Shown here piece after piece: positions 1 through 7,803 of a stretch of DNA of 19,524 nt. The translations under genes were made by a program, and so were the position numbers. Source of the DNA: Fonticula alba ATCC 38817 (Eukaryota; Protista; Nucleariida); NCBI GenBank assembly GCA_000388065.2, contig KB932203.1, one strand, 5' to 3'. The notes under the pieces are model-generated. The model was given only the letters and a program-made list of their open reading frames with translations. It did not search any database and was not told the origin of the DNA. How positions within the stretch are numbered: the stretch's first letter is position 1; each line of letters begins with the position of its first letter.

Positions 1-400
1 GGGGGGCAGGGAGAAGAGTGACACACGTGTGCTATGTATCAGGCGCAAGCCGGCCAGAGAGGGGAGGAGAGGGAGGCTGAGAAGGGGCCGGCGGCGAACG
101 CGACGAGCGCGTGGCGTGCGTGCGTGTGCGTGTGCGTGTGCGTCGCTCGGCGGACGGGCTCCGGGAGCGGGGGCCGAGGGGGGGGGGGGGAAGGGGGAGA
201 GAGAGAGAGAGAGAGGTGGCGCGAGAAGTCGGATGGAGGGGGAAGGCGCGGGCGGAGAGAAGAGGGCCGAAACGAGGAGTGAGGGCAAGGGCGCGCGAGA
301 GGGGAGAGGGGGAGGGATGGCCAGAGCTCCGGGGGTGGTTGTGGAGGCGCGGGTTGCCCTCTTGCGTTTACGGCGCGTCTCTTCAGGAGCCAGGCAGCGG

Positions 401-430
<30 letters not shown>
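401..430. repeat. (GGC)10 microsatellite
   Basis: Ten perfect GGC units read directly. Confidence 0.9.
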
Positions 431-431
<1 letters not shown>

Positions 432-1648
432 TGGGAGCGGCCAACGGCACCGTAGGGACCCAAAGGCACGACCAGGGCCAGGGGGCGGGGTGGAAGGCAT
501 GGCGGGGCACGCGCGGGCCACACATACACGCACGCCCACACACGCCCACACATACACACGCCCACACGCTTGGGAGGGGGGACTAGGGCACCCCCCGCAG
601 CCGCACCACCACCCCGGGCATGATGCGCGGCGGCGGGGGGGGGGGGGGGCGGCAAACGGAAAAGCGGCCAGACACGCAACTAGCGCCGAAAGGGGTCTGG
701 GCCAGCCTCCAACGGTAAATGTCCAGTCAGACCCACACGGGCCACGCCCGTCCGAGGAGCCCCCCCCCCTCAAAGTGCCCAAAAAGCCCTCTGGCCCAGG
801 GAGGCGGGCGGCGGGCGGCGGGGACGGACAGGCAGACCGTGTGCACATGCGTGTCCAGTCAGACACCCCCCCCCCCCTGTGGCACTAGCGGACCGGGGAG
901 ATCATCCCAACTGCGCGGGGAAATGGACGGCCCCACACGCCCCCTTCCTCGCCCCCCCGGAGCGGCCGTTGTCACTTGCACGGGGAGTGTGCGCGCGTGG
1001 GGGGGGGGGGGCGCGGGGGACCGTCCGGCCTTCGGCTACCCAGCCCCTTCCTCCGCTGGTTGCCGGAAGGCCGAAGGAAGGAGGTGCATGGACGGCAGGG
1101 AGGTGGGGCCCGGAAACGAGAACCGGCCATCGCCCAGTCCGGTGCTGCCAGCGGGAGTCAGGCGTGCTTGTTGCGCAGGCCTCTTGACGAAAATTGCTCA
1201 AATTTGCTCGGATGTATCAAGCATCCGTTCTAAACCCTACTGCGCAGGACCGATGATGGCCCGAGGCCGCCATCGTTTCCTAACCCCGCGGAGCTGTATT
1301 ATGGTCGCGTGATTCCAGCGATCGCGACACCGGCGGCCCCGTTTTCAAGACACACGCCGCCCGGCCGGGGCTGCCTACCCGCGACATGCGGAGAAAGGAG
1401 GACGGGAAGGGCAGGCACCTCTTCCCCGCAATCTGGGGCAGATGGCTGCCGCGACGCGCCCACACATACACACGCACAAAGCAAGCTACAGGGCGGGGAG
1501 GACAGAAGAAGGGGGAGGCGAAAACAACAAGGAGATGGCAGAGCACAGGCGGGGATGTGGAGGGGGAAATGCATTTTTTTGACACCCCCAGGCCAGGGAT
1601 ATTGGCGGGGAGGAGGGACAAGGCCAAGAGAAGGGGAGAGAGACAGAC

Positions 1649-1656
<8 letters not shown>

Positions 1657-1682
<26 letters not shown>
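1657..1682. repeat. (AG)13 microsatellite downstream of the SF1 stop
   Basis: Read directly. Similar AG/TC tracts occur near 197-213, 5363-5380, 16310-16321 and 16570-16585. Confidence 0.9.
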
Positions 1683-1687
<5 letters not shown>

Positions 1688-1846
1688 AAGAAAGGGAGGA
1701 AGGGAGAGGGAGGGAGGCGAGATGCGGAACGGGAAATGCACAATCTCACCCAGACGCGCATGGAGCACTGGAAGATCAGAGGAGGGGAGGGACACCCCCC
1801 GCCCCGCGCGCCTCCAGGCACCGTCTGCTTCATCCCTGGAGGCGGC

Positions 1847-2335
1847 CTACTGATGCGCGGAGGCCGTGGTGGGGGGCGGACCCTGCGGAGGGTGGCGGTC
1901 GTAGGAACCGGCACCCTCGCCATTGCCGCCGGCACTGCCACGCTGGTGCCGGCCGCCGCCCCCGCCGCCGGAGTACGACTGAGGATAGCCGGGCCAGCCA
2001 CCGGCAGCCGACGGCGGCGGCGGCGGCACACCATAACCAGGCATCGGACCACCGCCCATCATCATCATCGGGCCCATCCCGGGGAAGAAACGCTCCGGTC
2101 CAGGCCCCCCGCTGGCACCAGCGCCGCCGGTGTACGGCTGGTAGGGAGGCGGCACGGGGATGTTGGCTGGGGTCTTCTTCGGGGCGGTGGGGGCCGCCGT
2201 GGCCGCCGGGGCGGCCGCGGAGTTCCCGACACTCGACGCATCAGCACCCGGACCGCTGCCAGCCGACGGGGGAGCAGGAGCAGAAGGAGGGGGAGGAGGT
2301 GGGGGGGGCTGTTCGGCGCCCGCATCGGCGCCCGA

Positions 2336-2366
<31 letters not shown>

Positions 2367-2394
2367 TGCTCCGAGCCGGCATCCCCGCCAGCTC

Positions 2395-2426
<32 letters not shown>

Positions 2427-4205
2427 TGGTCCTCGCTGCCAGTGCCAGGCGGCGGTGGCGGGCCGCCGTGGGCGCCCTGGTGCATGTTCTGGAAGTACAT
2501 TGCCCAAGCAGGGTCCACGGCCGGCGGACCGGCCGCCGGATCGAAAGGCTTGTCCCCGCCCGGGGGGAACTGCATCATGTGCCCATGCATCGGAGGCCAG
2601 CCTGGGAAGAAATGCCCAAGAGAAGGCGCATGTCAGGAGAGAGGGTGAGTCAGTTGCGTGCGATTGGGGATGCCGGCAACCAGCAGGAGGAGGAGGAGGA
2701 GGAGGAGGAGGAGGAGGAGGAGAGGGAGGCTGCCGCATGGGCACAGGCAGAGAAGAGGGATGTCGGCAAAGCGCACCACCATGAGGAGGACGGGGACCGC
2801 CGAAGCCCGAGCCATGATGCGGAGGAGGGAAGAAGTGGGGAGGGGGGAAGTTGCCATAGCCGTGTGGCCCGGGGGGGCCACCGTGCGGGGGGAAACCACC
2901 GCCGCGACCGCCATGCGGGCCGCGCGATGAGCCACCCGGGCCACGGCCAAAGTTGGGGCCCGGGGGATGGAAGTGCCCGTCGTCCGGGCCGCCGGCAGCA
3001 TTACCACCACCGCCGCCACGGGGGCCTGGCCCGGCGTCGGGGCCACCGGAACCGGCCGCAGCGGCAGCCGCCTCCGGAGCATCAGGCGGCAGGTCACCGA
3101 GCTCGGCGATGAAGCGCAAGTAGTCGCGCTGCGCCTCATCGGGATTAACCGGCGGCCGGGGCGGGCCACCGGCGTCCGGGCCACCAGGGTGATGCGGATC
3201 GCCCATGGGGCCGCCGCCGAAGCCGCCGTGCGGTCCGCCATGCGGTCCGCCATGACGGACCGGGCAGTCCCGGCGCAAGTGCCCCACACCATTGCAGTTG
3301 TGGCAGGTGATGGTATTGGTGACGCTCCGGCGCTCGGTACAGTCGCGCTGCATGTGCCCGGTGGAGCCGCAGTTGCGGCAGGTGATCGAGTCATCCGTGC
3401 GCAGGGTGCCGTTGTAGGAGGCCAGCTCGCGGAGCTGGTTGCGCTTGCGGTCGTTCAGCTCCTCGGGGACGGACTTCGCGGTCTCAATGACCTCCATGAT
3501 CACTGCCACCAGCGGCGAAGGGGTGAGACCGAGGGGAAGGGGAGGGAGTGGAACAAGATAGGCAAGAGGAGGGGGCGGGGGGTCAGAGATGGACGAAACC
3601 CACAGGAGGACCAACAATGAGACAGGGGGGAAACGCGACGTACGGTCGATGGTCTTGCGAACGATTTCCTGGGTGTCAGCCACGATGATGCAGTGGAGGG
3701 GCTCCTCATCTTGGGCAAGGGAGTATTCGGAGTTCTTGCCATCCTTGACGGAACCCTTGCCACGGATGAAAATCCGGCTCCCGCCAGACTCCTGCTCCAT
3801 GCGCTTGAGGGTGTTGCCACGAGGCCCGATCAGCTGGCCAAGGAAATTGATATGGGGATACTCCTCCGACGGGATGAACACCTATAGTGCGCCAGTGCCC
3901 GGGGGAAGGGAGAGAGGGGTGAGCATCGCGGAGGAGGGAGAGAGAGAGAGAGGGGGGGGGGGTATAAATGCACAGCAACCAATGGCCAGGCGCCAAACGA
4001 GGGGCGTACCTTCTCCCGGACCTGCGTCGGCCGCCGGTAGTCACTCGGAGGCCGGTAGTTGGGGATGGTGGAGATGGCCGTCTCGATGAGGGTCTTGCGC
4101 TCGTTCTCCAGCTTCTTGCGGTAGCGCTTCTCCCGGGTGTTGGTACGGTTACCGTGCGAGTCGTACGTCGGCGGGGGGGAAGGGGAGCTTCAAGGGGAGG
4201 GGAGC

Positions 4206-4247
<42 letters not shown>

Positions 4248-5101
4248 AGGACAAGAGAGTGGCAGGACAGAAGGGTGAGATGCTCGGGCGAGGAAGGGGG
4301 AACCCCCGGGCGACACGGGCCAACAGCAAGGGCCACGGCGGCGGGACACACATACCGGTTATGCTCCGGCGGGGTCAGATGCGGCATGGCCAGGGTCCGG
4401 GTCAGCTCATCGATCTTCATCTGCAGGTGGAAGTGCTCGATCTCCTCGGGGGTGGCGTTGGGGTGCGGCTGTGGCAGGGGGAAGGGCATGTGCGGGCCGC
4501 CACCGCGCCGGGCGTGGCTCTGCTCGACCTGGCCATCGGCATTGCGGTCGAAGCGGCTGCGCCGGGGAGGGGCCTGGTCCAGCCCCTCCGGGCCGCCGTG
4601 CTCCGAGTGCCGGTCGAAGCGCGAGTGCCGGGGAGCCGGGCCCTCGGCATCGAAGCGCCGCCGGGGGACCCGATCACGGCTCCGGCTCCGGCTCCGGCTC
4701 GGGGGGCCCTCGTCGCGGATCGGATGATCCCGACCCCGGCGATCGTCGAAGTCCCGACCACGGCGGTCCCGGCCGCGATCCCGGTCATACCCGCGGTCAC
4801 GCTCACGATCCCGGTCGTAGCCGCGATCGCGCTCGCGCTCACGGTCATACCCGCGGTCACGCTCACGGTCGCGGTCGTAGCCGCGGTCGCGCTCACGGTC
4901 GCGATCCTGGCCGCGGTCGCGCTCGCGCTCACGGCCTCGGTCGTAGCCGCGCTCGCGGTCCCGGTCACGCTCGCGGTCCCGGTCATACCCACGGTCGCGC
5001 TCGCGCTCCGGCTCCGACCGGTCGTGACTCCGCCGGTCGCGATCTACGTCCTCCGGGACGCCGGTGGCGACGTCGCCGCGGTCGCGCGTTAGTGTGTCCA
5101 T
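1847..5101 (-). CDS. SF1: Splicing factor 1 / branchpoint-bridging protein (BBP/Msl5), 880 aa; exons 5101-4356, 4187-4010, 3881-3644, 3502-2777, 2601-1847
   Basis: Spliced translation gives the helix-hairpin with [26 protein letters not shown], the KH domain ([25 protein letters not shown]), QUA2 ([16 protein letters not shown]), two CCHC knuckles ([28 protein letters not shown]) and a Pro-rich tail. Four GT-AG introns keep the frame; exon total is 2643 nt (881 codons) ending in TAG. ATG lies in ACC-ATG-G context. Confidence 0.95.
2290..2460 (-). repeat. Three coding AG(S/A)EQ-polyproline modules in the SF1 last exon
   Basis: GSEDQP10, DAGSEQP10 and DAGAEQP8 at about 60-nt spacing, encoded by (CCG)n tracts. 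Confidence 0.8.
2686..2722. repeat. (GGA)~12 microsatellite in SF1 intron 4
   Basis: Read directly; it is (CCT)n on the sense strand. Confidence 0.9.
4209..4247. repeat. (AG)15 plus G-run in SF1 intron 1
   Basis: Read directly; on the sense strand it forms the pyrimidine tract upstream of the acceptor at 4188. Confidence 0.9.
4781..5008 (-). repeat. Coding 30-nt minisatellite ([10 protein letters not shown]-type units) in SF1 exon 1
   Basis: Five units at exact 30-nt period (4781-4930), then one irregular and one regular unit. TAT/TAC alternation points to a 60-nt higher-order repeat. Confidence 0.9.
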
Positions 5102-5601
5102 GGTCACTGCGCGCGTGCGCTGGGGAGGAGAAGGGAGGAGTGGGGGGTGGGGGGGAGGGAGAAGAGGCCTGGAAGGAACTCTTCAGGGGGCGGAGTGTCA
5201 CGGGGGACTGGCCGCCAGAGATGGACAGAGGTCGTGGGTGTGGGCTGCAGGTGCCGGGGCCAGATCCGTTGTGGTGGCGGAGCGGCGAAGGGTGGGGGTG
5301 GGGGAGGACGTGGAGCCGTGCCAGTGATGGGGTGAATAGCGTAGAGGCCAAGGTAGGAGAGGGAGAGAGAGAGAGAGAGAGGAAGGAGGCCCCAAAAGTG
5401 TGGTGGAGAGGGGTATGTAGGTGTGGTGGGGTGTCTCGCGGGTGTTGGCTGAGTCATCGTGGTGCTGTGCGAAAAAGGCGCCGACAAGGAGCCGGGCCGC
5501 GCTGGTCGCAAAGGGGCAGGACATCCCCCCCCCCCCCCCCCCCGTCACCTCCCCCTCTCGCCCCCCCCGCCCGCCTCGCAGCTACCCGCTCGCTCGTACC
5601 C

Positions 5602-6116
5602 NNNNNNNNNNNNNNNNNNNNNNNNNNNNNNNNNNNNNNNNNNNNNNNNNNNNNNNNNNNNNNNNNNNNNNNNNNNNNNNNNNNNNNNNNNNNNNNNNNN
5701 NNNNNNNNNNNNNNNNNNNNNNNNNNNNNNNNNNNNNNNNNNNNNNNNNNNNNNNNNNNNNNNNNNNNNNNNNNNNNNNNNNNNNNNNNNNNNNNNNNNN
5801 NNNNNNNNNNNNNNNNNNNNNNNNNNNNNNNNNNNNNNNNNNNNNNNNNNNNNNNNNNNNNNNNNNNNNNNNNNNNNNNNNNNNNNNNNNNNNNNNNNNN
5901 NNNNNNNNNNNNNNNNNNNNNNNNNNNNNNNNNNNNNNNNNNNNNNNNNNNNNNNNNNNNNNNNNNNNNNNNNNNNNNNNNNNNNNNNNNNNNNNNNNNN
6001 NNNNNNNNNNNNNNNNNNNNNNNNNNNNNNNNNNNNNNNNNNNNNNNNNNNNNNNNNNNNNNNNNNNNNNNNNNNNNNNNNNNNNNNNNNNNNNNNNNNN
6101 NNNNNNNNNNNNNNNN
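5602..6116. other. Assembly gap (515 N); other gaps at 7325-7441, 11843-11937, 13230-13927, 14839-14848, 15515-15524
   Basis: Runs of N, each flanked on at least one side by a C or G homopolymer. Confidence 1.
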
Positions 6117-6829
6117 CCCCCCCCCCCCCCCTAGCCAGGTCCGTCGTAGCCACCGCCCGCGAGTAGGCCGGTCAGGCCGGCCCGGAGGCCCATTCAACTG
6201 CAGTCACAGCAGCCGACCATGCCAGGCCCGGTGAGGCCGGCACCACTCAGGCGCCACCGGTGGAAGCTGGTCGCCCGGTCTCTTCTTCCAGGCACACCCC
6301 GGGGCCGATAAATGAGAAAGCGCCCGCGCAGGGCACCCGGCAGCGGCCGCAGCCGCCGCGCCGCAGCCGCACCGTCCCCGCCGCCCCCGCCGCCGTCTCC
6401 CAGTGTGCCCCTGTGTCCTGCGGCCCCCTTCCCCACGGGGCCACCAGAACGTCCCGATATCGGAGAACGCCTCGGTAAATTAACTATCATGCTGGGGGTC
6501 ATGCTTTTGGTGCGTGATCTGAGACAACTGACAACGGAGTCCCGATCGGCTCCCAGCACCCTGGTAAAGTGTTCCCGCCCGCTTGTCCCCGTCCCCCCCC
6601 CCCTCCTGGGTGGCGTTTGTGTGTGGGCGGTGGGAGGCGGGCATAGATGTGTGTGGGTGTATGTGCGCGCGCGTGCAGGTACACGCCTCTCTTCTGGCAG
6701 CGCGGCGCTCGGCCGCGGTCGGTCTGGGCTTCCAGCCATCTCCCAGCGTGCCTTTCTTCGCCCCTACCCTTTCCCCCCTCTCCGTTGACTCTCCTCTCGA
6801 CTTGGCTGATCTCCCTCTCTCTCGTTGAC

Positions 6830-7164
6830 ATGGGTGTCATCCGCAACTTCTTCAACCTGCCCCCCCGGACCCGGCGCAACATCGGCATCGGTGCGTCGCG
6901 GCTCGGCTCGGCACGCCCGCTCTCGCGTGGCCCATCTCCCACACTAACGCGCTCGCTCGAACCGCACAACCGCACACAGGGGTCGGCATGATCGCCTCTC
7001 TCGGCCTGGCCATCGACTCGTATGTCGAGGAGGCCTCCGGAAACCGTGAACTCGGCCAGGAACAGGTCCGCATGCAGATGAAGCTGAAGGAGCAGCGCGA
7101 GGCCATCATGGAACAGATGAACGCCGCCAACAGCGCCCAGCCTGCCGGGGAGAAGACCAAGTAG
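6830..7164 (+). CDS. Small single-pass membrane protein, 81 aa, function unknown; exons 6830-6890 and 6980-7164
   Basis: An 89-nt intron has donor GTGCGT (6891), branch CACTAAC (6942-6948) and acceptor CAG (6979). Splicing gives MGVIRNFFNLPPRTRRNIGIGVGMIASLGLAIDSYVEEASGNRELGQEQVRMQMKLKEQREAIMEQMNAANSAQPAGEKTK with C/G-ending codon bias like the other genes. The 3' end is ambiguous because the stop overlaps a possible donor GTAGGT. Confidence 0.75.
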
Positions 7165-7803
7165 GTGTCCCCCCGCATCGGCCAAGACACCAACATGTAG
7201 GGGAGGGAGGCACCGACGGGGGGAGGTACCTGTGAAAGGGAAGTGGAAGGGGGCGGGCAAAGAGACGATCAGCACGCAGGGCGTGCCCGATCACCGGCCA
7301 CACACCCACATCCCACGGCCCCCCNNNNNNNNNNNNNNNNNNNNNNNNNNNNNNNNNNNNNNNNNNNNNNNNNNNNNNNNNNNNNNNNNNNNNNNNNNNN
7401 NNNNNNNNNNNNNNNNNNNNNNNNNNNNNNNNNNNNNNNNNCCCCCCCCCCCCCCCCCGCCCCTCTCCTGCGCACGCACGCACAAGCCACCACGCCCACA
7501 TTCAATAGACCCAACTTTGCGCCCCATCTGCCAACGATGTTTTCCCTGTGCCTGCGACTCTTGAGCCACCGGCCATGGCGGTGCGTGGGCCCCCCACGCC
7601 CGCGGGCATCCTCCACCGTTTTCCGCCTGCCCTCCCCCCATCGCCTCGCGTGCCGTTCTCCCCTGCCCGTCCCCCGCCCTCCAATTCGTGCCCCCTGCTC
7701 CCGCCCCGCCCCGCCTCGCCTCCCCCCCTGTGTCTCTCCCGTCTTGGCCCCCCGGCCTCCGCATCCGGCCCAAACGCCCCGAGACCCACGGCGGAGCCAC
7801 TGA

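Noticed and set aside
1-1300. ORFs in the first 1.3 kb
   Set aside because: Microsatellite-derived translations. The skew hints at the leader of a - strand gene beyond the left edge, but no exon can be supported.
1165-1330. Lower-GC island with three short hairpins and an Sm-like AATTTTCG on the - strand; considered as an snRNA
   Set aside because: No U1, U2, U4, U5 or U6 hallmark sequence, and stems of 6-9 bp are expected by chance at this GC content. An Rfam scan would settle it.
4781-5008. Regular 30-nt periodicity considered as a CRISPR-like array
   Set aside because: Tandem units without unique spacers, in frame within a eukaryotic CDS.
5450-5456. TGAGTCA (AP-1/Gcn4-type site) upstream of SF1
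   Set aside because: A single 7-mer, also present in SF1 intron 4 (2646-2652); not distinguishable from chance.
1309-6234. Long + strand ORFs opposite SF1 (1309-2784, 1736-3112, 3968-5092, 4471-6234) and the alternative-frame ORF 4417-4992
   Set aside because: Shadow frames of a GC-rich repetitive CDS, low-complexity R/G/A/V products with no family motif; one runs through Ns.
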